A stretch of 64,000 bases of DNA from a virus: the IMG/VR virus record IMGVR_UViG_3300035670_000060, positions 1 to 64,000 of that record, one strand, 5' to 3'. Within the stretch, counting starts at the first letter, position 1; each line of letters begins with the position of its first letter. Positions 28,205 to 39,000 of this stretch are shown here, piece by piece. The position numbers were made by a program, and so were the translations under genes. The notes beneath the pieces are model-generated. The model did no database searches and was not told the origin of the DNA. It worked only from the letters and a program-made list of their open reading frames with translations.

Positions 28205-28246
28205 GGGTCTCTCCTTTGCGTATATTGAATAAATCAATTTGTAATA

Positions 28247-28254
28247 TATTTATA
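28247..28254 (-). promoter_or_regulatory. T4-type late promoter TATAAATA
   Basis: Exact motif upstream of gp22. Confidence 0.75.
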
Positions 28255-28258
28255 AAAA

Positions 28259-28906
28259 TCATAGTTTTGAAATAAAGTCTTCAAATACACGCATTTGTGT
28301 TGTCTCTAAGTCTTTTTTAGAGGCTTTAACAATCTGCTTTTTATAATTGTCAACTTGCATTTCCTTAATAATTCCATTATCCCACACCCATTCTTTGCCT
28401 TCCATAATGCCACGAACGAATGCGTCTGGTGCTGATGGATCTGCTACAATATCTGCTGCTGTTGCTAACCAAAAATCATCTTGTACTTCCATGACACCGT
28501 TCTTTTCTTTAAGTGATCCCATGCCTCTTGACGATACACCTAAACAAGCACCCTCTGCCATAAGTTTACTTACAATATTTCCATATGGTGTGTCCATAAT
28601 TTTTGCTCTACCAATGTAGTCTGTACCTTCTTTTCGGAGACTTTTTGTCATGTGCGATACACGCTCAAGATTAATTGTTGGTCCTGATGGATGTCCTAAT
28701 TCACCATATGCTCTATTTTTATCAATGTACTCTGTTACATAACGGTTTACTTCACGTTCCATCACACTCATTGGATAAACTCTACCATTTCTATTCTTCT
28801 TTTCTGCTTGTAAAAAAGGTCCTTCAATGAAAAACTCTTTTTTGCCACTCTCGGTATCTTCTTTGATAATATTGATTTGTTCGGTAACTTCTGTTATAAG
28901 TTTCAT
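28259..28906 (-). CDS. gp21: Prohead protease gp21
   Basis: NRNGRVYP, GELGHP, GVSSRGMGS, DIVADPSAPDAFV. Confidence 0.97.
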   Translation of the reverse strand: MKLITEVTEQINIIKEDTESGKKEFFIEGPFLQAEKKNRNGRVYPMSVMEREVNRYVTEYIDKNRAYGELGHPSGPTINLERVSHMTKSLRKEGTDYIGRAKIMDTPYGNIVSKLMAEGACLGVSSRGMGSLKEKNGVMEVQDDFWLATAADIVADPSAPDAFVRGIMEGKEWVWDNGIIKEMQVDNYKKQIVKASKKDLETTQMRVFEDFISKL

Positions 28907-29172
28907 TTTAGCCCTGACCTTTTTCTAACTCTCATTGAAAGATTTCTCTTTCTCAGAATTTGTCTAAGTAATGGTTTTCTTTTTCTTGCAGCCTTAATTT
29001 GAGCATAATGTCTACGCATTCTTTCTTGCTGAGACATTTTTATCAATTTACCACTCTGAACACGATATCCTGGACGTAATGATATCATTCGTCTTCGCTG
29101 AACCTTTTGATTACGTACTCTATTTGTTCGAGCGGTAGTGCCTTCTTCTAAAAATTCTTTAAATCGCATCAT
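28903..29172 (-). CDS. Basic prohead core protein (gp68-like)
   Basis: Very Arg/Lys-rich; immediately upstream of gp21. Confidence 0.6.
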   Translation of the reverse strand: MMRFKEFLEEGTTARTNRVRNQKVQRRRMISLRPGYRVQSGKLIKMSQQERMRRHYAQIKAARKRKPLLRQILRKRNLSMRVRKRSGLK

Positions 29173-29175
29173 ATA

Positions 29176-29637
29176 TCAAGGAGAAATACCGTCATCTGTT
29201 GTTTCACGACTTGAATATCCAGCAACTTTCTTACCCTCAATAATTAAGGTGTAACCTGCACTTGCTGTGAAACCATTGGTTGTTAAAAGTATATCACCAT
29301 TTGCTGCTGGTGCGTTATTGATAAGTGGACATTGACCACTTGATACCAAATCCCAGTAACCACTACCAGACAATGTTGTAATCAGTGTATTTGTAGAACC
29401 TCTCCAGAGTAAATTTACTCTTGGTGTGTATGTAGGACTAGAGCCTGCACTTACATTCCAGAATAATTTTGTAATGGTTAATCGTTGACTTGTGCCGTCA
29501 CCAGTAGATGCAACAAGATTATTAGCACTAACTTTTACAACGTTAGTTTCACCAGTTGCGTCTGATATGTTTGTAAGTTTTACAGCCCATCGATTAGCAT
29601 TATCAACAAGCGTTTGTGATGTTACTGTATCAGCCAT
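29176..29637 (-). CDS. Conserved virion-region protein
   Basis: MADTVTSQTL...KLTNISDATGETNVVKV...GDILLTT, a pattern common in aquatic phages. Confidence 0.65.
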   Translation of the reverse strand: MADTVTSQTLVDNANRWAVKLTNISDATGETNVVKVSANNLVASTGDGTSQRLTITKLFWNVSAGSSPTYTPRVNLLWRGSTNTLITTLSGSGYWDLVSSGQCPLINNAPAANGDILLTTNGFTASAGYTLIIEGKKVAGYSSRETTDDGISP

Positions 29638-29995
29638 TTGATTCTTCCAAATTATTAATGAAGTCTAAAAGCACATCTGGATTTTCTTCCAATTGAATCA
29701 TGAAAATTTCACGATTTTCTTCATTCAATTCGTTATAAAGATTGAATAAAGCGTCTACATTCGCTTGCTCTTTCATTTTGCCTTTAATTGTTTTATATGC
29801 TTTTGCGGCTGATTCTGGTTTATCACGCACCATTGCTGTTGCAACTGCATATGGTCCACCTTTATATTTGTCGCCGACACCTTTCTTTTCAAACTCTTTA
29901 CCGATGGTATGTGCCATCTTCGTTTGTTGTTTAGTGAAGTCAGCCTCATCAATTTTAGCTTCTTCTTTTATTAAAAAACTTTTAAAGGTTTTCAT
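29630..29995 (-). CDS. Putative internal head protein
   Basis: N-terminal MKTFKSFLIKE resembles the T4 capsid-targeting sequence; lies in the prohead gene cluster. Confidence 0.55.
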   Translation of the reverse strand: MKTFKSFLIKEEAKIDEADFTKQQTKMAHTIGKEFEKKGVGDKYKGGPYAVATAMVRDKPESAAKAYKTIKGKMKEQANVDALFNLYNELNEENREIFMIQLEENPDVLLDFINNLEESNG

Positions 29996-30194
29996 CTACA
30001 TTTTCCTCGTCTGTTGAAGTGTCAGCAGTTTCTTGTTCTTCTTCAGGATCAACAAGTAATTTAGATCCTATTTCCATTTTCTTAAGATATAGAGCATCTT
30101 GTATTTTATCTTGTAACGCTGCAAGAATTGATGACTTAAAGTCTGCTGCTTGCGATTGCGTTGCAAATTCTATAGCACTTTTGATGTGTTCCAT
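29982..30194 (-). CDS. Prohead core protein (gp67-like)
   Basis: Small, acidic C-terminus; first gene of the prohead cluster after a late promoter. Confidence 0.55.
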   Translation of the reverse strand: MEHIKSAIEFATQSQAADFKSSILAALQDKIQDALYLKKMEIGSKLLVDPEEEQETADTSTDEENVDENL

Positions 30195-30212
30195 AATATT
30201 CTCCTATTTCTT

Positions 30213-30220
30213 TATTTATA
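30213..30220 (-). promoter_or_regulatory. T4-type late promoter TATAAATA
   Basis: Exact motif upstream of the gp67-like gene. Confidence 0.75.
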
Positions 30221-30235
30221 AAATTAAATATAATT

Positions 30236-30700
30236 TTAATTCAATGTTGGCCAAACAATGTTGAATGGATCTTCTTGATTTGTAATATCTCTCAATGCTT
30301 GTGCGTATGTATCTAAATTTAGAATGTTATCAGTAGGAGTTAATCCTAAACGAACTTGACTGTGATATCTGAGAAATCTCCAATCTAATTGATTTAAATA
30401 ATTATCCCTACCTTTTCTAATTAATTGCCATTGTGACTCTATTGTCGGTTCAACTGGCGTATCATTCATTTTTAATTGTTGTTCTAATTCTACTATTTTC
30501 CATTCATTATTTTCAGAAATGAAAGTCTGTGTGCTTGGAGAAAAGGAAGAAGAATTTTGTATTAAAACATAACCAGCAGAAATCAATTCTTCTTCAGTAT
30601 ATGTTTCACGATCTGTTCGTGTTAGCCCATTTTCTAATCTAATTCTATTTGGAATTTGATCTTTATGGATAGGGTAATTATTTTTATAAGAATAATACAT
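30236..30700 (-). CDS. Phage tail-fibre assembly chaperone-like protein
   Basis: C-terminal WQLIRKGRD...LDW...YAQALRDIT-Q-DPFNIVWP. Confidence 0.75.
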   Translation of the reverse strand: MYYSYKNNYPIHKDQIPNRIRLENGLTRTDRETYTEEELISAGYVLIQNSSSFSPSTQTFISENNEWKIVELEQQLKMNDTPVEPTIESQWQLIRKGRDNYLNQLDWRFLRYHSQVRLGLTPTDNILNLDTYAQALRDITNQEDPFNIVWPTLN

Positions 30701-30720
30701 TTTTTTTCCTTAATATATTT

Positions 30721-31452
30721 TTAATATCCTGTTCCGCTGAAGTAATAACCTGTATAAACCGTCCAAGCCGTACCTGTTGCATCTCCTATTAATACATAAC
30801 TCTGATTTTGTGAAAGAGTAAATGTAGTATAGTACGCCGAAGTAGATGCTATACCTACTTGTCCAGCAAGTCGGGCATGTGTGCCTACTAATATTTCTAC
30901 AGCTGGTACGTTACCTGTAAGAGTTTGATTGAAAAAAGTTGCTTCCCAAACTATATTGGGGCTTCCTGGAGTACCGCTAGTACTAGCGGTACCTTCAAAT
31001 CTGAATCTTGAAAAATCTACACCTTCAAATCTAGAAACTCGTTGATACGAATTATCGGCTGCTCCTATATGAATTTTATTGAATCCTGGGTTGGATCCAG
31101 ATAAACCACTATATGCGCTTGAACCGCTTCCAAAAGTTATATAGCTATTTGAGCCTATATATGCTGTGGTATAGTTTGTACTAGTAATAGTAAATGTTGG
31201 TATAGTTCCAGAAACAAAACTGTCATCTACTGAACCGTCCTGTAATCCAGTCCATCCACTAGGAGGATATGCTCCTCCATTAGCACCAAAAACCGGCGCT
31301 TTTGTACCTGCGGTTAATGTATAACCAGTAACTACAATTGGCCAATTACTACTCTTTTTCCAATTAAAAGCATCAAATGTGTCAAACACACCAGAAGCGG
31401 ATGATGTTGTAACTGTTCTCAAAGATCCTATAATCCCAGAATTTCTTTTCAT
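30721..31452 (-). CDS. Putative virion structural / receptor-binding protein
   Basis: MKRNSGIIG...ASGVF N-terminal adaptor-like motif; G/S/T-rich beta domain. Confidence 0.6.
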   Translation of the reverse strand: MKRNSGIIGSLRTVTTSSASGVFDTFDAFNWKKSSNWPIVVTGYTLTAGTKAPVFGANGGAYPPSGWTGLQDGSVDDSFVSGTIPTFTITSTNYTTAYIGSNSYITFGSGSSAYSGLSGSNPGFNKIHIGAADNSYQRVSRFEGVDFSRFRFEGTASTSGTPGSPNIVWEATFFNQTLTGNVPAVEILVGTHARLAGQVGIASTSAYYTTFTLSQNQSYVLIGDATGTAWTVYTGYYFSGTGY

Positions 31453-31459
31453 AAGATAT

Positions 31460-31630
31460 TTACCATTTCTTTAATGGGCATTCTGCATATTCAAATTTCC
31501 ATTTTAAAGGCATAACGCATCCACATTCAGTACATACATTTAATTTGTAACTGTTACAAGTTTCACATGTATTTTTTCTATCTTCAATTTTAGACTCATC
31601 TTTTAATAATTTTAAATTTGTTAATAACAT
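31460..31630 (-). CDS. Small Cys-rich protein, 56 aa (not in ORF track)
   Basis: MLLTN...CETC...CTECGC...CPLKKW; TAATG coupling to the upstream gene. Confidence 0.65.
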   Translation of the reverse strand: MLLTNLKLLKDESKIEDRKNTCETCNSYKLNVCTECGCVMPLKWKFEYAECPLKKW

Positions 31631-32649
31631 TATAATTTTTCCACTAAAATGCTGCCGTGAGTTGTTGTATTATAAATTGCTGTAGATGTAATTAAAGTTC
31701 CATAACTTGTATTAATATATGATGCTCCACCACCTCCAGCACCTAATGATGTACATGAACAAGTTGCTAATCCACCACCACCTCCTCCAGAGAAACCTCC
31801 ACCACCTCCACCCATATACTGGGAAGTGCCTCCACCGCCTCCAAATCCACCATCAGCAATCTGGCCCAGCCCTCCTATAAATCCTGCAGTATAAGTATTT
31901 CCACCATTTGTAGTACCCGACGCTGATGCTCCGCTAGTAATAATACCAGCACCACCACCACCGCCAGGAACACATCCTGCTGCATAAATTCCACCACCAT
32001 TACCTCCCGTTCCGCCAGTTCCACCAGGTGCACCGCCTGCTGCACCATTATTACCATTATTAGTTGTTGTAGCATTGTGATCGCCGCCAGACACAGTATA
32101 AGAACCTCCACCTCCACCACCTGCGACTAATAAAAATCCAAGGGCTATGCTTCCAAAATAAGAACCTCCACCGCCACCACCCGTTTGATAACCACATGGA
32201 TTTGCAGTTGCATTTCCTTGTTGACCTACAACAAAAATATAAACTTCACTTTTGGTTAAAGAAAACGTTGCTTGCATGTATGCACCAGCACCAGTACCAG
32301 AAAATCCAGTACCACCTTTTGCACCGATAGCAGTAATTCTATAAGTAGCGGTTTCAGGTACGGTCCACTCTTGATATCCTTGTGTTACAACATTAAAATA
32401 TGCGGTATTGTTTATCCACGGATATGTAACAGCATTATAGAATGCTAAACAATTTGCTAGTGTTGGACCAGTTCTACCTGTTATATTAGCATTACTAAAA
32501 GTGAATGACGTAAATGAGTAAAGTGGTCCGGTAGGTGATATTGCAGGATAATATCTAGATGTGTCCAAATCAATGATTCTACTAGAATTAAAGTTTACTG
32601 TAGAATCATCTCCAATATAACTGCTATATCTGTAATAATTAAAAGTCAT
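31630..32649 (-). CDS. Glycine-rich domain protein (ALK/LTK-like polyglycine type), probably virion-associated
   Basis: WTVPETATYRITAIGAKGG, VVGQQG, many GGGGG runs, GGGGASY. Confidence 0.75.
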   Translation of the reverse strand: MTFNYYRYSSYIGDDSTVNFNSSRIIDLDTSRYYPAISPTGPLYSFTSFTFSNANITGRTGPTLANCLAFYNAVTYPWINNTAYFNVVTQGYQEWTVPETATYRITAIGAKGGTGFSGTGAGAYMQATFSLTKSEVYIFVVGQQGNATANPCGYQTGGGGGGSYFGSIALGFLLVAGGGGGGSYTVSGGDHNATTTNNGNNGAAGGAPGGTGGTGGNGGGIYAAGCVPGGGGGAGIITSGASASGTTNGGNTYTAGFIGGLGQIADGGFGGGGGTSQYMGGGGGGFSGGGGGGLATCSCTSLGAGGGGASYINTSYGTLITSTAIYNTTTHGSILVEKL

Positions 32650-32650
32650 A

Positions 32651-33013
32651 TTAACTTATTTCTTCGTAACTCACGATACCATGTAAATCACTTACTGCAC
32701 TCGCAATGAGTCTTATACTGTCATTTTCTTCAAGGTAGATAGAAGTATCTTTTGATATAACGACTAGTGTCGCATCAGCAGGAACAGTTACAGTATATGC
32801 GAGATAGAATATTGTAGTTTGATTTTTATAAAGTTCAACGGTGACATCAGCGTTATTAGCACCATCACGATTTGCAATAATCAAAGAGTTTATTTTAAAT
32901 ATTTTGCCGCTAGCCGCACTATTACTTACAATTGCTGATGCAGTAGTTCCAATATCTAATCCAGCTACTTTACCACGAATGTCTGAAACATTAACAATAT
33001 TTGGATTTGCCAT
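32651..33013 (-). CDS. Conserved small virion protein
   Basis: MANPNIVNVS...VPADATLVVISKDTSIYLEE...SYEEIS; follows the fibre ending in IAMAMIFG. Confidence 0.7.
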   Translation of the reverse strand: MANPNIVNVSDIRGKVAGLDIGTTASAIVSNSAASGKIFKINSLIIANRDGANNADVTVELYKNQTTIFYLAYTVTVPADATLVVISKDTSIYLEENDSIRLIASAVSDLHGIVSYEEIS

Positions 33014-33027
33014 TTATGTATCCTTTT

Positions 33028-36000
33028 TTAACCAAAAATCATTGCCATTGCAATGCTCTTACCTGTAGTTATGCCACCACCACCACCGCCAGATAACAGT
33101 GAACCGTTAACATATATTCCTGTGTCGTTTACGCAAATTCTTTGACATGTTCCAGCATAAATTGCTACAATGTTTTGTAGTCCGGAAGTTCCTGCCCAGT
33201 TTCCAATAATTGTATTATTAGATCCTGTCGTGACCGAAAATCCTGCATCTGAACCAAAGAAATTATTATGAATGCCAGTGGTGTTAGAGTAACCAGCATA
33301 ATTACCAATGAAAATATTACAACTACCAGTGGTGTTAGAGAAACCAGCACGATTACCAGCAAAGAAGTTATGACTGCCAGCGGTGTTATTTAAACCAGCA
33401 AATCGACCTAAGAAATTATTGTTAGAGCCAGTGGTGTTACAGCAACCAGCACTGTTACCAAAAAAGTTATTATGACATCCAGTGGTGTTAGAGAAACCAG
33501 CACGATTACCAAAGAAATTATTATAACAGCCAGTGGTGTTGCAGTGACCAGCAAAAACACCAATGAAATTATTATTACTGCCAGTGGTGTTGTTGTAACC
33601 AGCAAAACCACCAATGAAATTATTACAACTGCCAGTGGTGTTAGCACGACCAGCAGTTGCACCGAAGAAATTATTATAACTGCCAGTGGTGTTAAAGTAA
33701 CCAGCACCGTTACCAAAGAAATTATTAGAAAAGCCAGTGGTATTGCCATAACCAGCACTTGAACCAATGAAATTATTAAAATATCCAGTGGTGTTAGCAG
33801 CACCAGCAGCATTACCAATGAAATTATTGTTAGAGCCAGTGGTGTTACAGCAACCAGCATTGTTACCAATGAAATTATTATGACATCCAGTGGTGTTAGA
33901 GAAACCAGCACGATTACCAAAGAAATTATTATAACAGCCAGTGGTGTTAGAGCAACCAGCATAATGGCCAAAAAAAGTATTATGACTGCCAGTGGTGTTA
34001 AAGTAACCAGCACTACGACCAAAGAAGTTATTATATGCACCAGTTGTGTTACAACGACCAGTATAGCGACCAAAGAAAGTATTAGCGAAAGCAGTTGTGT
34101 TTGCCGCACCAGCACCAAATCCGAAAAAGTTATTATAACGACCAGTGGTGTTATTACGACCAGCAAATTGACCAATGAAATTATTATGACTGCCAGTGAT
34201 GTTAAAGTGACCAGCACAGAAACCAGCAAAGAAGTTATAAGTACCAGTGGTGTTACACAAACCAGCACATGCACCAATAAAAGTATTATGACTGCCAGTG
34301 GTGTTAAAGCGACCAGCACACAAACCTGCAAAGAAGTTATTACTACCAGTGCTATTGGCTAAACCAGCACTGTTACCGAAGAAATTGTTATAACAGCCAG
34401 AATTCGAATAACCAGCAAAATGACCAAACATATTATTATTACAACCAGTAATGCTAAGAAAACCAGCATAGCGACCAAAGACATTATTATGACAGCCAGT
34501 GGTGTTACTGCGACCAGCTTGATTACCAAAAAAGTTATTATAACAACCAGTGGTGTTAAGACGACCAGCAGCTAGACCAAAGAAATTATTAAAACTGCCA
34601 GTGGTGTTACTGCAACCAGCACTTTGACCAAAGAAATTATTACTAGAGCCAGTGGTGTTACGAAAACCACTATTACATCCTAAAAAATTATTAAAAGTGC
34701 CTGTGGTGTTAGCAAAACCTGAAGAAAAACCTGCAAAGAAGTTATGACATCCAGTGGTGTTACAGTAACCAGCATTGTTACCAAAGAAATTATTATTAGC
34801 GCCAGTGGTGTTATAGTAACCAGCACGATTACCAATGAAAACATTATTATTGCCAGTGGTGTTAGAGTAACCAGCATAAACACCAATGAAAACATTATGG
34901 CAGCCAGTGGTATTACAGTAACCAGCATTTAGACCAAAGAAATTATTATAACAGCCAGTGGTCATATAGCGACCAGCAGATGAACCAAAGACATTATTAT
35001 ACCTGCCAGTGGTGTTATTACATCCACTGGTGACACCAAAGAAATTATTGTTACTGCCAGTGGTGTTACATAGACCAGCACCACGACCAAAGAAATTATT
35101 AAAAGTGCCAGTGGTATTGTTGCGACCAGCATTGCAACCAAAGAAATTATTATTACTGCCAGTGGTGTTACATAGACCAGCAAATAAACCAAAGAAATTA
35201 TTAAAACAGCCAGTGGTGTTACTGCGACCAGCACATGAACCAAAGAAATTATTACTACAGCCAGTGGTGTTACATAGACCAGCAAACAAACCAAAGAAAT
35301 TATTATTACTGCCAGAGGTATTGCTATAACCTGCACATAAACCAAAGAAAATATTAGAACTGCCAAGCGTGTTAGACCTTCCCGCTTGATTACCTATAAA
35401 AATATTATTGGAGACGGTGGTATTGGAATAACCAGCACAATTACCAGCAAAGAAGTTATGACTTCCCGTAGAATTACTATAGCCTGTACGATTGCCTATG
35501 AAAATATTATTACTACCGATTGTATTATTATAGCCTGTATTGAAACCAAAAAAATTATTATCATTTCCAGATGTATTGTATCGACCCGTTTCAGCGCCAA
35601 TAAAATTGTTATTGATACCTGTGGTATTATTTCCGCCGGCCCAAGCACCAATAAAATTGTTACAATTACCCGTCGTATTGTAATAGCCAGCAAGAGGACC
35701 AAAGAAATTATTATAAGTGCCTGTGGTATTACATGTTCCAGCAAAATATCCAAAAAAATTATTACAGCCGCCAGTTGTATTACTACTACCAGCATCACGA
35801 CCAAAGAAATTATTATAACCACCAGTGGTATTGCAGGCACCAGTACATTGACCAGCAAAGAAGTTACCACTGCCAGTGGTGTTTTTGAAACCAGCACTGT
35901 TACCAAAGAAGTTATTATGAGATCCTGTGGTGTTATAGGAACCAACTTGGTAACCAATGAAATTATTGTGACAGCCAGTGGTGTTACAGTAACCAGCATT

Positions 36001-39000
36001 TATACCAAAGAAATTATTATAACGACCATTGGTGTTATATTTTCCTGCTGATCGTCCAAAGAAATTATTATAACGGCCAGTGGTGTTACGGTAACCAGCA
36101 TAATAACCAAAGAAATTATTATTCTGGCCAGTGGTGTTAAATGAACCAGCACCACAACCAAAGAAATTATTATAACGACCAGTGGTATTACAGCGACCAG
36201 CATTTAGACCAAAAAAGTTATTCCAACCGCCAGTTGTGTTACTGTAACCAGCGCATTGACCAATGAAAACATTATGGCAGCCAGTGGTATTACAGTAACC
36301 AGCATAATAACCAAAGAAATTATTATAAGCGCCAGTGGTGTTCTTGTAACCAGCAAATAAACCAAAGAAATTATTACTACGGCCAGTGGTGTTATAGTAA
36401 CCACTACCTTTACCAATGAAATTATTATGATTGCCAGTGGTGTTACTGTAACCAGCACTACAACCAAAGAAATTATTATAAGCGCCACCAATATTACAGA
36501 AACCTGCTTGACGACCAATGAAGTTATTATGTCTAGCATAAGTTCCATGTCGTCCACTATTAATACCAATGTAAATATTACCACATCCAATGGTATTACA
36601 ACAACCAGATAAAGAACCAATAAAAATATTTTCAGAAGCGGTGTTAATGCGACCAGCACACAAACCTAAGAAAATATTATAGCCGCCAGTCGTGTTACAG
36701 ACACCAGCATTTTGACCAATGAAAATATTATGATTACCAGTGGTGTTACAGACACCAGCACATTGACCAGCAAAGAAGTTATTTGTTCCGGTACCACCGA
36801 TTCCACTTATGCAACTTACTATATTATTTGATCCACATACATTAAATACTGACGATCCACCTCCTATACCTGTCAAAGATGATCCATCACCAAAAAATTT
36901 TGTAGCGGTTATGTTATTGGCAGTAAAAGATCCTGAAGCATCTCTAGCAACAATCGTTGAAGCACCATTAGCTGATGCTGCACTAGTTCTAGCGTTTGCT
37001 AAAGTACCTGAAGATATATTAGATGCATTTGTGGTATCTGTTGTCGCTGATGCTGCTAATCCTGAAACTGCACTTGAACTAATTGCAATGTTTACGTTTG
37101 CTACACTCGTCGCTCTACCGTATGTATCAACAACAATTCGTGGTACAGATGATGCTGATCCATAAGTGTTTGCACTGACACCTGATGTTGGAAGTCTTGC
37201 AGCATTTAAAGTACCTGAGGATATGTTTGATGCATTTGTTGTATCAGTTGTAGCTGACGATGCTAAACCAGAAACTGCACCTGAACTAATGGCAATGTTT
37301 ACGTTTGCTACACTTGTTGCTCTACCGTATGTGTCAACGACAACCTGAGGTACTGCTGATGCTGAACCATAAGTACCTGCTGTTGCACCTGATGTTGGAA
37401 GTCTTGCGGCATTTAAAGTTCCGGAAGATATGTTGGATGCATTTAGTGTTGTTAATGATGCGCCACTACCAGAGAATCCTGTACTTGCAGTAATTGTATT
37501 TGCTGTTAAGTTTGCAATTCTAAATTGTGTATTTGATGTATCAATGTTTGTGTTTGTTCCAGGCTCAATAGGATAATTTTCAAAAAACTTCCATATACCG
37601 TCTGAAGCATCCCTAAACAAGCCAGCATGTACATTTGCACTATCCGAAAGTCTTCGATAATGTCCAATAAAACCAATATCAACTGCATCGGTTAGATTAT
37701 CTTTTCCTAATTGAATAATGTTATCTTCAATCACAAGATTATTTGCAGTTACGGAAATAACGTTACCTGTGAATGATACGTTTCCTGTTACAGTTAAATC
37801 TTGAAGAGTTACATTACCTGCTGAAAATGCTCCTGACGCATCTCTCAAAACAATTGTTGATGCCGTATTAGATGCCGTAGCAGTTGTTCTAGCGTTTGCT
37901 AAAGTACCTGAGGATATATTAGATGCATTTGTGGTATCTGTTGTAGCTGATGATGCTAAGCCTGAAACAGCACCAGATGAAATTGCAATTGAGACATTGG
38001 CTACACTCGTCGCTCTACCATATGTATCAACAACAATTTGTGGTACTGCTGATGCTGAACCATAAGTACCTGCTGTTGCACCTGATGTTGGAAGTCTTGC
38101 AGCATTTAAAGTTCCGGAAGATATGTTGGATGCATTTAGTGTTGTTAATAATGCGCCATTACCAGAAATAGTTGTTGATGTTATAACGTTTGCTGTAAAA
38201 GATCCTGAAGCATCTCTAGCAACAATGGTAGAAGCACCATTAGCTGATGCTGCACTAGTTCTAGCGTTTGCTAAAGTTCCGGAAGATATGTTGGATGCAT
38301 TTGTTGTATCAGTCGTCGCTGATGATGCTAAGCCTGAAACAGCACCAGATGAAATTGCGATTGAGACATTGGCTACACTTGTCGCTCTACCATATGTGTC
38401 CACAACAATTTGTGGTACAGATGACGATGATCCATAAGTGTTTGCACTGACACCTGATGTTGGAAGTCTTGCGGCATTTAAAGTTCCACTTGAAATATTA
38501 GATGCATTTGTTGTATCAGTCGTCGCTGATGTTGCTAAACCAGAAACTGCATTTGAACTAATTGCAATTGAGACATTGGCTACACTTGTCGCTCTACCAT
38601 ATGTATCAACAACAATTTGTGGTACTGCTGATGCTGAACCATAAGTACCTGCTGTTGCACCTGATGTTGGAAGTCTTGCAGCATTTAAAGTTCCGGAAGA
38701 TATATTAGATGCATTTGTTGTATCAGTCGTCGCTGATGTTGCTAAACCAGAAACTGCATTTGAACTAATTGCAATTGAGACATTGGCTACACTTGTCGCT
38801 CTACCTTTAGTGTCCACAACAATTTGTGGTACTGCTGATGCTGAACCATAAGTACCTGCTGTTGCACCTGATGTCGCTAATCTATCAGCACTCAATGTAC
38901 CTGAAGATACATTAGAAGCATTTATATTTGTAAGAGTTGAGGCATTTATATTTGTTAATGCTGATCCATCACCACTAAATGTTGTAGCTGTAATAACGTT

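Noticed and set aside
33165-36659. Many alternative-frame and antisense ORFs (VIIISLV..., KEIIITASG...) in this array and in 60185-63259
   Set aside because: They are by-products of the 51-nt coding repeat lacking stops in other frames; no RBS or independent signal
33200-36790. Regular repeats resembling a CRISPR array
   Set aside because: The period is 51 nt, in frame and inside a long ORF; there are no unique spacers and no cas genes
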